NCBI GenBank assembly: GCA_043228905.1
Contig: JBHGNT010000006.1
Coordinates: forward strand, 10,602,001 to 10,666,000
Source of the DNA: Azolla caroliniana
Lineage: Eukaryota; Plantae; Polypodiophyta
Direction of reading: 5' to 3'
Length of the DNA stretch: 64,000 bases
Shown: positions 23,690-37,200 of the stretch, piece by piece
Numbering within the stretch: position 1 is the first letter of the stretch
Layout: each line of letters opens with the position of its first letter
Program-made: the position numbers and the translations under genes
Notes under the pieces: model-generated
What the model saw: the letters and a program-made list of their open reading frames with translations, nothing else
What the model was told of the DNA's origin: nothing
Databases searched by the model: none

Positions 23690-26600
23690 TTAGATTCTTG
23701 GTTGTGGCTTCCATAATAGATGTTCGTATACGAATTCTGCCATGGATGTAGCCGTGTTGTCTCGTAGTGCCTTAGCCTCGACCCATTTGGTGCAATAGTC
23801 CATAGCCACGATTATGTATTTGTTATCGGTGCAAGCCGCGGCTGGTTTGAAAAGTCCCACAAAATCTAACCCCCACTTTTGAAATGGTTCTAACGGGAGG
23901 ATGGGTTGGTGCGGCATCCGGGCTTGCTCGGTCGGTTGTCCCATGCGTTGACACAGATCCTACTGTTGATAGAATTCATGAGCATCTTTTTTTTGTTGTG
24001 GGCCACCATAAGCCACTCTACCATATTTTTCTTGTCGTGGCCTCTCTAGTGTAATGTCCCCCCACAATTCCGTGATGTGCCTCCTGGAGGATTGCGTGTT
24101 TCTAGAATTAACCGATTGCACGGTGCCAGATGCCGTCTGAGGCTTTGTGGTAGAGAGTGTCGGAGATGAGACAAAAGTTTCGGCTCCGGACAGCTAGTCG
24201 TTTCCGAGCGTCGAGGGTCAAGTGGTCGGGCGGAAGGCCGGTGCTGAGAAAATGGGTCATCTCCGTGATCCATTCATCTTCATTTTTGTCTGGCACCATT
24301 GCGAGACTAAAAAGGGCGGCGTCGGGTAGATCACCGTACGTGGACTCGGTTGGTTCTCCTAACTCGAGGCAGCTCAGGTAGTCAACTACGGCGTGTTGGA
24401 CATTGGGCCGGTGTTGGATCTGAAAATCAAACTCCTATAGCAGGAGCATCCATCGAGCCAGGCGACCTATGAGGGCCTGCTTATTAACCAAGTAGAGGAG
24501 AGCCGAGTGATCGACGTGGAATGTGAAGTTCCGTCCCAAGAGGTAATGCCGGAATTTGTTGATGTTGTAGACCATACTGAGGGCCTCACGTTCAGTTGTT
24601 GAGTAGTTCCTTTCCGCGGCCGAGACTCGTCAGCTAGCGTAATACACTGGCCGGTACGAATTTGGTGGTGTGTGCTGCATGAGCGTGCTGCCAATGGCTA
24701 TATCTGATGCATCTACGAAGACATGAAAAGGTTCCGACCAGACTAGTCGTTGTACCATAGGGGCATGGGAGAGCATTAACTTCAAGGCTTGGTAAGCCTC
24801 GTCTTCTATTGAAGACCACTCAAATGGGAGTCTATGCACAGCCGCGTGCAATGGAGTCGCGAAATCGGCCAGGTGTCGTAACATCCGGCTATGCCATGTA
24901 AGTTGGCCCAGGAATCGGCTGAGAGCCTTCGTGGTAAAGGGTGCGGGAGCATTCAGAATGGCTTGCACTTTATCTGGGTCCATGGCGATACTTTCCTGGC
25001 TGACTATGTGCTCGAGCAGGTTGCCGCTTGTCACCAAGAATGCGCATTTTGCCGGATTTAAGCTCAACCGAGCTTGTCGACATCGCTCGAGACAAAGACA
25101 TAGCTGGGTCATATGCTCCAACCGGTGGCCAAACACGGCAAAGTCGTCGAGGAAAACTTGCATGAACGCTAGGATATACTCGTTGAAAATCTCTGTGATG
25201 ATGCATTGGAATGTGTCCGGTGCCGTTTTTAATCCGAACATCATTACCTCGGCCACGAAGACACCCCATTCTGTGACAAACGCCGTTTTCTCCTGATCTT
25301 CCGGGTGCATTCTCATTTGATTATAGCCACTGAACCCATCGAGGAAATTGTAGCATTCATGACCAGCCACCGTGTCGAAACCCATGGCGATTGTCACGGG
25401 AGAGGAAACCCATCTGTGATTGTCACGGCATTAAGTTTGCGGTAATCAACGCAAACGCTGATTTTCCCATTTTTCTTGGGGATGACTACAATTGGGCTTT
25501 TAACCATGTGGCTCTTTTTACTAGCCGTATACAAACTACTCGAAAAAGTTTGTCGATTTCCTCTTTGACCTTAGCAGCGTAGTTGGGGTTCATACGGTAT
25601 TGTCGTTGTTGGACCGGTCGAGTGTCAAGCAAGAAGTGTACTTGGTGTTGGTAATATTGAGGATCCAATCCCTTCATGTCAGTGTAAGACCATGCGAATA
25701 CATCCTGATACTCCGTGAGCAGGCATATCAGGGTTGACCGTTCGTCGGCGGGTAAGTTGTTAGCGATTTGTAGTGTACGCGGGTTCTCGTCGGAGCTGAG
25801 GTTCAGTGACTCGATCGTTGATGCTTTGACTCGCTGGGAGATGGCGAGTTCTCGTTCAAACGCGTCCCGAGCTTGTTGTAATTCCACGATAGTTGTGGAA
25901 TCGGCCTCGTCATGGGGAAGTGAATCTGCCGTGACATCCTCGTCTGGTAGTGTGCCGAAGCCTGAGAGTTTATTTCGAAGAGGGGTATGATAGTGGGATG
26001 ATCTTCCAGGAAGTCATCCACCTCTTCGTCGGCTAAGCCGTCGAGCATGTGTACCCCTTACACATATAAGGGTGTGGTGTTGTGGGGTGTGGTTAGGCGT
26101 TCTTCTGTTATTACCCGTACCTTGGTCTTCCCCCGGCGGAAAGAGATCATATTCCGCTGCCAATGTTGTTTAATATTTGTTGTGCGCAGCCAGGGTCCGC
26201 CAAGCAGCATTGGGTAAGCGCCCGGAGCTTCGAGGCGTAACATGACTACCAAGATAGTGAACATGTGGCCGCCTAACATGAAATCAAGGTGGCGGATTAA
26301 CCCGATGGGGAGAACCGATCGCGTATCAGCCATCCGAAGCCAAAAGGGGCAAGGTTCCCATTGGTTTAGGCCGAGTGTGTGACATGTGGCCTCGCCGATG
26401 ACATTCACGCCGGAGCCACCGTCGATTATGCATCCATGAAGGTCACGTCCTTTAAGCATAATTTTCACGGCTGGATTCTGGGAATCCATGACTGATGGGC
26501 CCGTCCCGGGCTCTGTCAGGTTCACAGGGGGTGTGGCCGATTTGTCGTTAGGCGTGAGCGTAGCCAAGGTCTCCCGAAAGCGTGGCATAAGCGGTAAAAG

Positions 26601-28395
26601 CTTATGTAATGGTAGCGAGATCCTAGAATTGGTAAGGGCGTCCCACAGATGGTCATCTTCTGCCGCGGTGGATGGTCCAGTGGACTGTGGTTCTCCGATG
26701 GTCACGTCCTGCATCTCTGTGTGCATCCGCTCCACGTTGCTTTTGTTACCGGTGTCAATCCATTCCTTGGCTGCTTGTCGGATGTCGTCTTGTACCTGCC
26801 ATTAGGTAGCCTGGGATTTGCTGCGTGTGGTGACGTGTTGGACGTCAGCCATAATAGTATTCACGGTCGGGGCCTTGCCGCGGTCCGTGGTTGGGCATTG
26901 GGTGGCGTAGTGGCCGAGTTGGTTACACTTAAAGCAGGTAACGAATGCCGAGTTGCTAGTGTCACCGTGCTCAGGGTGTGGGAAAGGTTGTGAGTGGTTC
27001 CCGGCTGCTTGTGTAGGCGTGTTGGCTCGTGGCGCGTTATGGGGAAGAGAGTTGTGCAGTACGTTTGGAGGGGGGTCCCGACGATGATTGTCATTATGTC
27101 GTCGATTGTTCCGTGAACCTCTGTAAGAGTTTCTTCTAACGTTTTGTGAATACCTCTAATCGTACAAGTCATCCCGGTCTTCATCGCATCGGTCATACTC
27201 ATCGTTTGCTCTATATTGGTCATCGTGGTATTGGTCACAGCGGTCATCTGATCTCCTGCGGTTGTCGTTGCAGTAGCGATCGTCGTCGCGGCGCCGACGA
27301 TCCGGGGATCGTGGTCGCTCGTTCTCCCGATGTTGGTATGACTGACGTTCGTCCTATCGTGAGTATGTATTCCGAGGCTTGATCTGGCAAACCGGAGCCA
27401 TCGCGTGCGATTGAGCATGTTGTATTCACATTGTGCGATCGCGTGGGATCGGGACTGACAGATTGGACAATGTGGCCGGTGAGGGCACTCGAGAGCCAGA
27501 TGGCCTGAGCCCGTGCAGGTTGTGCATTGGAGGGCTGGTCGGAACCGGTTGTCCTCCTGAGGAACGATGCTTTGCAAAGAGCCCATGGAGAAAGTCGTGT
27601 TATGCTGTGTCCGATCGATGGCAACGACGCGTGCGATGACTTGCTCGATTGTCTGGTTCGAGAAATTGGTAAGTGCAAGAGTCGTCCGTAGAGGCTCCCG
27701 TAGGCTAGAAAGGAAAGTATCCGGAATGCGATGAGTGGAGACATGGTCGGCCAGTTGTCGGTAGAGATCCTGAAACCGGATCGTGAACTGGGCGACCGTC
27801 TCGTGAGGTTCTTGGCTCATGGAAAAGAACTGCCGGAGCAATTCGCGCTTCGAAACTTTGCGGTGAAATAACTCTAGAAACTTTGTTCAGGCATCCTGGA
27901 ACATTGTGACCTCCCCCACGTCGAGGTGGGAATACCATCAAGCAGTCGGCCCATCGAGGGATAGAGCAGATTCCGCGATTGTGGAGGACTCGATCTCGGC
28001 AGCCGATAACCGCTACGTCGTGTGGTTGGCCTGCCATGTGGACACGAAAGCACGGGTGTGCGATTTCGCATCGGGGCCTTCTATATATCGTGGGTAAGGG
28101 TAAGGCATGGTATCGAGTTCTAGGTCTTCAGGTAAAAAGCCGGAAAAGGGTTAGCGTCAGGTTGGGTGACCTCTGGAGGGCTTGGCAGGGAGGTCGGTGC
28201 GGAATCAACTCGTGATAGGGTATCGGGTGGCGAGGATTGCAATCAGTGAGCCGCCGATAGTTCCTGGAAAGATTGGTGAGTGACCGCTGAGTTGGAAGTT
28301 CCTTCAACTGGCTCAGGGCGTCGGGCAGGTGATCGAGACCATGTGATGCGATTGGGCGCTATAATGGCGGCTGAGGTTTGCCTCCTACGTAGTTC
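23690..28395 (-). pseudogene. gag-pol of the Ty3/gypsy element (frameshifted)
   Basis: Domain order gag-PR-RT-RH-INT in ORFs 26861-27841, 26058-26735, 25486-25887, 24630-25397, 24108-24299 and 23690-23944. Confidence 0.9.
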
Positions 28396-30629
28396 ATTGT
28401 GACCTTAGAATTGTAAGCGGGCGTGCCAAATTGTGTTAACCATTTCTGGGGAAAACACCTTCGATGAGCCCACAGGCTATCGGTATCAAGGGGTCGTGTT
28501 ATGTGGAAGCCTCTTCTACACTGAGAGGACGATATGAGAACGAGGAGCGTACACGGACTACTACCTGTTAGGCATAAACGTAGCTTGGTTACAAGTACCG
28601 GGTAGAATACACAAATGAAGGAACAGTAAGAGCGAGATTTATATTAAATGAGAAGCTCACAGTGATTATAGTACACGGCTCTCAGCCGGAAACAATTTGT
28701 GTAGAGCTCAGGGCTACAATGTTAATCTTATTAAATAATCTAGGTATCTCTCCCTTTGAGGTATGCAGATCTCGGTTTATATAGTTCTCTTCTTTAGACA
28801 GACCTGAGCCATCGACTGATTGTCAGGGCTAAAAACTTGACTTAGTTCTACCTATTTCCTCACCTACTTTTCTACCTACCGGTGAGTTTACATATGATGT
28901 ATTTATATTTCTGGCCTATGGACAACATGACTCTTCGTTGTTCATTCGAAGAGATCCACAAGGTCTGGTCTGTATTTTGCTATATGTCGACAACTTGGTC
29001 GACACCAGACCCGACCTCCTTGAAATCGGTTTAGTGAAGTCCCAACTATCGGAAGCATTCGAAATGAAGGACCTAGGGGACCTTCATTACTTCCTCGGGA
29101 TTGAAGTGATCCATATCCCCGACGACATTTTGTTTTCACAATGGCACTATGTACTAAATATGTTGTACAAGTTTGGCATGACCAAATGTCGACTAGTCTC
29201 CTTACCCCTGGACCGGAATCTCAAGTTACGTCCAGACTCCGTACCGGTCTTCAATGAGAAGCGGTTCCGACAAATGGTCGGAAGCCTTATATATTTGACA
29301 ATCACCCAACCCGACATCAGCTATCCGGTTGGAGAGATCAACCATTTTATGCTGAGGCCGACCGTCGAGCACCTTTAGTGTGTGCATTGACCATTGGGGT
29401 ATGTGAGTGGCACTAAGGATCGGGGATTGTTGTACCAACACGGTATAACCAAACAGTTAGTCGGTTATACAGATGCCGACTAGGCCAGTGATGCGTCGGA
29501 TCGTCAATCAACATACAGCTTTATGTTCTCTCTTGGTAGTGTGGCTTTTGCATGGAGCAGTAAGAAGCAACCAATAGTGGCTCTGTCTAGAATTGAGGCT
29601 GAGTATCAGGGAGCTACTATCGTGACCTGTGAAGCCATATGGCTTCGGCGGCTGCTGCAGGATCTCTGAATCAAAGTACCGGCTCCAATTCCGATCTACT
29701 GCGACAACATAAGTAGCATACAACTGCCCAAGAACCTTGTTTTCCATGTCGGACAAAGCACATAGAAGTGCATTATCACTTGTGCGCGAGCGGGTCCAGA
29801 GCACGGTGAAGTTGAACTCCGGTATGTTTGAATGGATCAGTTGGTTGCCAACATCTTCACCAAGCTACTCGGATTGGACAAGTTGCAACATTGTTCGAAG
29901 ATGCTTGGGTTGCAACAACTCGACATGCCACACTTGAGGGGAGGAACTAGGAGAACAAGTAGAGGCACTGACAAAACAGTCGGAGAAGAGGAAAAGACTA
30001 GAACAGGGGAAGACAAGAAGAAAAAGAAGTCGAGTCAACTGAAGAAGTTGGTACATCCGAAAAAGTTGGAACAAGTGGCGACAGTGGCAGAGTCAAGAAG
30101 GATAGAGCCGACCGGAACAAGAAGGCCAAGACCCAGACATGGTCTGATGTGGTAAAGGGCCTGGAGGATGAGGACGAATTGGAGATAGCAAGTTGAGCTT
30201 GAGGGGGAGTGTTGAGCGAGCAAGCTCAACATGATCAAGATCGGTTGAATAAGCCAAGAGTCGTATCGTTGTCCAGATTGGAACAGAGAGCCAGATCGGT
30301 GTCTTGAATGGAGTGTAACCAGTAGGCCATTAGAGGCCTATGATCCCAGCCTACTACGTAGGCATATTTTTAGGAGTTAGTGTCAGTCACTCGGTACGAG
30401 CATTGAAGTACATGTCAGTACTTCTGTCAGTCATTTTAAGGACTTGTATAAAAGTGCCCACTAAGCACATTGTATTGACTTTATTTTTGAAATAGATGTT
30501 GTGTGTTCTGCTCTCTCTGTCTCTCCTGCATACTGTGTATTCTCAAGCTTTCCATTAAACCTTGTCTCTATTTTTCTATTACTATCCAGCTGAGCCGGTT
30601 TGTCTACGCTCCGCACATTAGGTTTTACA

Positions 30630-31000
30630 ATCTTCAAGGTGTAGCTTCTGATGGACATATTCCTTTGTTGGATGTTGTTCAACTCTTGGCGGAGTTGAAG
30701 CTTTCTTGTGGTTGTGTTAGCCACGAAAATCTTCCTTAGATTCTCCCACGCTTTCTTCGGCGTCTTGGCTTCTCAAATGTAGCCAAGCATGTGGTCATGG
30801 ACACATGTCGCCAAGCAATACATCACTAAGCTTGCGGCTTGCTCCCATGTTGAGTATTAGGGAGTCGTTGGGTCGGGTTGATGTAGCTCCAATAGCCTTG
30901 GCTAACAAGGTATTTGTGCATCTTGTCTTCCCAAAATGCAAAGTTGTTTCTATCCAACTTCTCACTAGGGAGAGCGATCCCCATTTGAGTATTCATTATG
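30630..31000 (-). mobile_element. Copia family A gag fragment
   Basis: EKLDRNNFAFW..QGYWSYI and RKLQLRQELNNIQQ, homologous to 115-480. Confidence 0.85.
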
Positions 31001-31763
31001 TTGATGTAGATTTCATTCTTCTTTTCCATCTCTATTGAACACGAGCTATGTAGTGGCACTACGACTAGCGATGAGCTGGTTCTTCTTGAACGTCGGCGTA
31101 GAACACAACACACGTGGATGGGCAAAACTATAGCATTACAAGGAGCAACAACCGACACTATATGAAGTAGGAGAAGGGTGCTTTATATAAGGTCACCCTC
31201 TCTCTTCATTACTCACTACAACGCGCACTTTCTCTCTAGAACCCTGGGGAATGTGAAGACTCATTAGTCATGGGGAGTATGGAACTCATTAGTTATGTGT
31301 CATAGAATATGATTCTATGACACATAGTAAATGTGTAGAGAGTAGTGGTGACTTTTGACCTTTGAGTGCTCATAGATTCTCAAAGGGTGTGTTCACACAC
31401 TAGACTAGGTTGAGCTTTGTTAATGGGTTGGCTCCACCCCCCTCCCAAGGGGGTTCAAATGTGCAACAATGGGAGAGAGACATAGAGAGGGAATCGAGAC
31501 AGACATGAGTTGAGGGTAACCTCACTATATTTCCTCCCTTCTTTCATGCCCATGGGTGGGGTTTAAATAGTACAAGATTTGATCAAACATTACAAAAAGC
31601 CAAATGGGGGTAGTTACACCTACTTACCCCACTCTTGTACACATGCACACAAAAAGCCAAATGTGTACACCCACACACACACAAACACACACTATTCCAT
31701 GTTTACACATCACACCTTATACATTACACATTAACCCTTTTGTACACCTATACAGGTAACACC

Positions 31764-31803
31764 TGGCACGCCAGTGGGATAGTGCATTGCACGTTGAACC
31801 CAC
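31764..31803 (-). other. 40-nt tRNA-Arg-like motif (copy 4)
   Basis: Minus strand GTGGG TTCAA C GTGC AAT GCAC T AT CCCAC TGGCGTG CCA, then gg, then the LTR TG. Confidence 0.85.
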
Positions 31804-34228
31804 AAGCCCATGCCAAAAACTCATTGACCAAAACTCCATTTGTCTTCTCTTCTCTCATCGGTCGGAAATCCCTCGACCGGATCACTGCTCTACGATCGAT
31901 AACTTTGATCGGAGCTTGCTTGACACGAACCTTCTCGTTCGGTGAGCATATCGCACGATTCGATCACACACCAATTGGCTCATCCACTATGGTAAAGTCG
32001 CTTAGGTTTAAAAATGAAATTGGTTGTATGCGTTTTTATTCTTTATTGGTGTGAGTGGTGATGAGATTTTGTACCCTTAAGTTTCCGGAATTCTATGTCG
32101 TACGCTCCATTTTATAATTTTTATTTATTGCCCTTATGAAATTTAGGCATATGCCCTCCTGTTTCAAAATTCTAATTGGGGGGCCTTGAGCTTTTGAAAT
32201 TTTGATGAGTTCCCCTCAAGTTTTTAAAAATTTGTTTTTGAAATTTTAAAATTCTCCATGTGTCCTCTTGTTTTTGAAATTTTGTCACCTGCCCTTCTCT
32301 TTTTCATTTTCTTTTGTTCCTTTATATTGTCTCTTTCTTCTTTTTCACTTCTTCTCTTCTCCTTCTTTTATCTCTTCCATTGCTTCTGTTGAGACAGAAG
32401 TGACTTTTTCACCTTCTTCTTGTGCTCCGTTTGCTTTTGTTCCTATTCTGTGTCTTCGTCTGCAGGAGAGGAGGATTAGGAGAAAGAAGCCTTGCTCTGT
32501 GTCTCTGACTTTGTATCTCTTTCCTCCTTCGCCTATGTTGATCCATCTTCTCTACTTGGTTGTCTTTCTTCTTCCTTCTTTTTCTTTGCTTCTTCTCTTT
32601 CTTCCTCATTCTCCTTTGGTTCCTTCTTCCTTTCTTCTTTCTTTTTTATTTCTTCAGTATCTTCTTCCTCATGTTGGAGCTCTAGCTCTTGCTCTGATGG
32701 TGTGTATGGCGTGGTCTATTGATCATTAGGGAAAAGACCTGGCACCACCATGGCATAAGAGCCTTGTAGGGCAGAGATGTAGTTCTTTATGCCTCTTTCT
32801 GTCTTTCTTCTCTCCTCTCCTTCTTCTCTCTTCTTTCTTGTTCTATTTCGTTTTCTTCTCTTGCATTCTGATTCTTCTTTTCTTCTTCTTACTCCATTGG
32901 TGCCGGTTGTCCCTCGGCCATCTTGCAGTCGTCACTCGACTGACTGTCCCTTGACCATCTCTTAGCCGTCACTCGGCTACCGCTCGGCCACATCTTGGTC
33001 GTCTCTCAGCCGACTCTCGGCTCTTGGTCTTCACTTTCGGTTGTCACTCTCGGCCAACTCTCGGATTACGTTTCTATTTTGTTCCCTTTCTCTTTTGCTT
33101 CCTCCTATTCTTTTCATAGTTGTAAGGAATAAATCTTCGAACATGCTCCCAAATCCATTTTCGTGAGTTGGAAAATATCACAATACTTCCTTTTCACGAC
33201 TTCCACGTCTCCATTGCAATTCACTCACATGAGTGTCTAGCTGATTTCTAAAAGCCTCCATGTTTAACTTGGAGATCCACAGTACGAAGAGAAGACGATG
33301 TTGTGAAAATCTGCCAATAAGTGCAGATCGTGAGGCAGAACCGCCGGCGGGGGTTCTGGACCGGAAGGATTTAGGGCTAAATAATTTTTGCACTTTAAGT
33401 TTAAGACGAGATATTTTCTTCGAATAAGCCTAAGATAGTAATAATGAGAGATTGATTGAGTAAGATAGTATGAGAGATTGATTAATACTTTATTATAGTT
33501 ATACACAAGAAAATCTTTGAGTAAGATATTATGTAAGATGCGAGATCGAATAATACTTAATTATGCTTATGAGTAAGAATGCTTATAGTAAGCGAGTATG
33601 AATAATACTTAATTATACTTATGCATAAATAAAGTTAAAGTAAGAGAGTATGAGAGAGGAAACATGGAAAGTTTTTTATTACTTAGAAATCATCAATATA
33701 ATGGACTTATTTTGTTACATAATTTATTTTTTTCTATCTCCCCTTTTGGGGTATAAGAGTATGAGAGAGGAAACATAAATCTTTCCTTCTTCAATATCCT
33801 CATCCATCTCTTTTCTTCTTTATCTTAAGAATAGCTCTTATTTATAGATTTTTAATGGCTTGCTTTTTTTCTTCTCCTAAAAAAACGTTTGTCTATATGA
33901 GATGTTTTTTTTCTATCACTACCTTTGTTTTGTACGCCCAAATTAGACATGCAAGATATTTTTTGAAACCCCTTCGTGTTAGCTTTCTTATGAATCTTTT
34001 CTTTTCTAATTTGGACATCGGATGAGGAAATTACAAACTTTTTTCTCTACCTTGCTCCTCAATTCCATGCCTTGCGTTTTTTTGTTTCTTGCTTTTTTCT
34101 CTACTTTTGAAAAACCGCATCTATCTTTCTATCTTTTCATCATTTATTGCAAAAGTTGACTTTGCAATATTTGGTTTATTTGAACTACTACTTTATTCTA
34201 TTTTGATGGTGGTTTCACACTATGTATG

Positions 34229-37200
34229 TGTTGAAAACATTGCGAGAACGGGTGAAGTGCACACCTACAAACATAGACAAACACATACAAACATAGACAA
34301 ACACTTAGATGTAGAGAGCTTAAGACATAGAAATGAAGTCTAGGGTGGCTAGGGTTTTTGGCAAAGAGAGTGAGGAAAAGGGGAGGGGGTTAAAAATCCT
34401 TGTCCATCAGGCCTTGGATACATTTGAAATAGAAGCATGAGAAATCGTCATTGCCATCACAGATTGGCTCTCACACACAAAGTCCACACACCACTCTCTA
34501 ACACAAAGACACTAACACGTAGAGAGGGAGAGAGAGAAATTAGTGATGGAGAGGGAGAGGGAGGGAGGGAGAGTATATCTTGAAGATACAGACACACAAA
34601 TCAAGAGACTTCTTCTCAAGGGAGGGCCGACCGTTCGTGTGTGCCAAGTGTTGATGGGTTGGGAGTGGAGCCTGTTGAGAAACAAGTTCAACAAAGGTAA
34701 GTGATGCTTATTGAGAAATAAGCTATAGTAGCTATTAGCTAATTAGCTACGAGTGGACATAAAGGTGAAACAACTACTTAGCTACTAATAGTTATTTAGC
34801 TACTAATAGCTAATTAGTTGCATATGTAAGTGACTTCTATACTTAGGTAAAAAGTAAGTGTAGTAAGTTGTAAGAGAGTAGTTGTAAGAACAGAAAAACA
34901 AAAAACAGACGAGAGCGAGTTGAGCTCTGCGTGTAATGAAATAGAAAAAGATTTTTGGTTTGCTACACAGAGGTAAGTTTCCTTCCCTTTCCTTTCTGTC
35001 TTGAGCACTAAACGATCCAGCACATCACGATCTGTTGTGCACACAGAAGAGTAGTCGTAGTGCCTTCGTAACATGGTATCAAGGCAAAGGTGCTCATAAA
35101 GAGGAACGGTACAGATCAGAATATTGTTTCTAGTGGCTTATTTGAATCAGAAAGTTGTCTGTGAAGTTAATCGTAGCAAAAGCCCTAATTGAAAGAGAGA
35201 ATGGCTGTTGAGAATGGAAGCCAAATAGTCACAAAAAAGCTGGATAAAAACAATTTCCCAGCGTGGAAATTCAGAATGACAAATTTCTTGATGGGAAAAG
35301 GATATTGGGATTACATTGAAGGAGACCTAGAAGAGGCTCTAGAGATCCTTGAGGAAAATGCACTTGCTGCACAAATTAAAGCATTTAAGGAATGGAATCA
35401 AGGGGCAAGGAAAGTATTGCATTGGCTCTCACTTAGCATCTCGGATTCGATGCTTGGACACATACAGGATGCTATGCTTCCAAAAGAAGCTTGGGATAGT
35501 TTGGTAAAACTATTTGCAGTGAACACAAAGGCTAGAAAGCTTCAGTTGAAGACCGAGCTAAATACCTTGGAAAAAGGTAAGATGTCAGTGAATGAGTATG
35601 CTCTGAAAATAAAGAGAATATGTGAATCACTTGCTTCTATTAATGTGAAGGTAGCAGATGATGATAAGGTGGAAATATGCTTAAGAGGCTTAGGACCTGA
35701 GTATAAAAGCTTCAAAACATCTATTCTCACAAGGGATAGCATCCCAAGTTTTCCAGATTTGGTTTCAATGCTTGTAGTGGAAGAAAGAAATCAGATGGAT
35801 GATGTAAACAAAGAAAACTCTGAGATTGAGGGGCAAGCCCTCTACAATAGTGTTGGAAGAGGCCAAGGAAGAGGCCATGGAAGATTTGGTTCAGCTAGAA
35901 CCAACAGTAACAATCAAGGAAGAGGACAACAGGCTACAAGTGGAAGAAACGACATCAGAGGTAGGGGGAGCAATCGAGGTAGAGGTAAGCAAACTTATTT
36001 GAATGATGATGGTTGTTGGTATTGTGGAAAACCAAGCCATACACAGGCTGAATGCTATAAAAAGCAAAATGATGAAAAAAGAGGGAAGAGACAGCAAAAT
36101 AATTATGCCTCAACTTGTGAAGACTGTGATAAAGATGGTGCATTTGTGGTGCAACATGAAACAGTAGCAATGGCTAAATGTTCACAGAGATGCAATGAAG
36201 AGTTTATGTGGTATGTAGATTCGGGGGCATCGAATCATATGACAGGACATGCAAATTGGTTTGAAAGTTTAAGAGAACCAGATATTCTTGGTTATGTATA
36301 GATAGGTGATAATACTACTCACCAAATAAAGCATGTTGGAGATATCCCATTGTTGGAAGAAAAAGGAAAAACAAAGTATATGTTGAATGTGATGCATGTT
36401 CCAAACCTTGCAAAAAATCTAATTTCTGTTGGACAGATAGTGGAGCAAGGAATACCAGTTAAGTTTAAGCAAAGTGGATGCTTTATAAAGAAACAAGGAA
36501 AGCTTATTGCAAAAGGAAAACGACAAGGAAGTATCTTTGTGTTCGATGTGGATATGCCTAAAAAGATTACAACCATGTTTGCAAAAGGAATGAGTGTAAT
36601 CTCAGATGTGGAAATGTGGCATAAAAGAATCGGTGACATAAGTATGCAAACCTTGAAAAATATGTTGAGGAAAAATACAGTGGTTGGACTGCCTAAGCTA
36701 CAAGACTGTGAGATGAGCAAAATATGTGAAGCATGTCAATATGGAAAGCAAAACAAGTTACCTTTCCCTCATGAAAGACATGTAAGCAAAAATTTGTTGG
36801 ATTTGGTACATACAAATGTATGGGGACCAACAAAAAATGCATCAATTAGTGGATGTAAGTTTTATGTAACATTTATTGATGATTGCTCAAGGAAAACATG
36901 GGTTTACTTCATGAAAGAAAAAAGTAAAGTATTTGATTGCTTTCGTAAGTTTAAATGCATGGTTGAAAAGCAGGCTAGAACTAGAATAAAATGTTTAAGA
37001 TCTGATGGAGGAGAATACTTCTCAAATGAATTTTCTTATTTTCTATGCAATCAAGGAATAAGAAGACAATTCACATGTAGATATACACCACAGCAAAATG
37101 GAGTTGCTGAGAGAAAAAACAGAACTTTGGTGAACATAGCAAGAGCTTTAGTAACAGAAAAAAATATGTCATTGTATTACTGGGCAGAAGCTATAAGCAC

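Larger units (their letters stand above)
19755..28927 (-). mobile_element. Near full-length non-chromovirus Ty3/gypsy (Athila/Tat-related) retrotransposon with an extra 3' ORF
   Basis: LTRs 19755-20248 and 28434-28927 (494 bp each). TSD ttact/tgact. PBS TGGCACGCCCG at 28418-28428(-). Gag with CCHC knuckles, PR (IIDGGSGVNVI), RT (FLDGFSGYNQ, FLDD), RNase H (VFVDASD) and integrase (WGLDFVG, DYCTKWVEA; truncated ~23700). Confidence 0.95.
17950..30629 (+). mobile_element. Degenerate copia family A element split by insertions: PR-INT 17950-19220, RT-RH 19700-19754 and 28928-29940, 3' LTR 30210-30629
   Basis: WYVDSGASNH, YTPEQNGVA, LLYVDNL, EMKDLG and VGSLIYLT motifs. The reading frame MGFVASKF|DSSLFIRR is restored when 19755-28927 is removed. 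PPT gagggggag. Confidence 0.85.
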
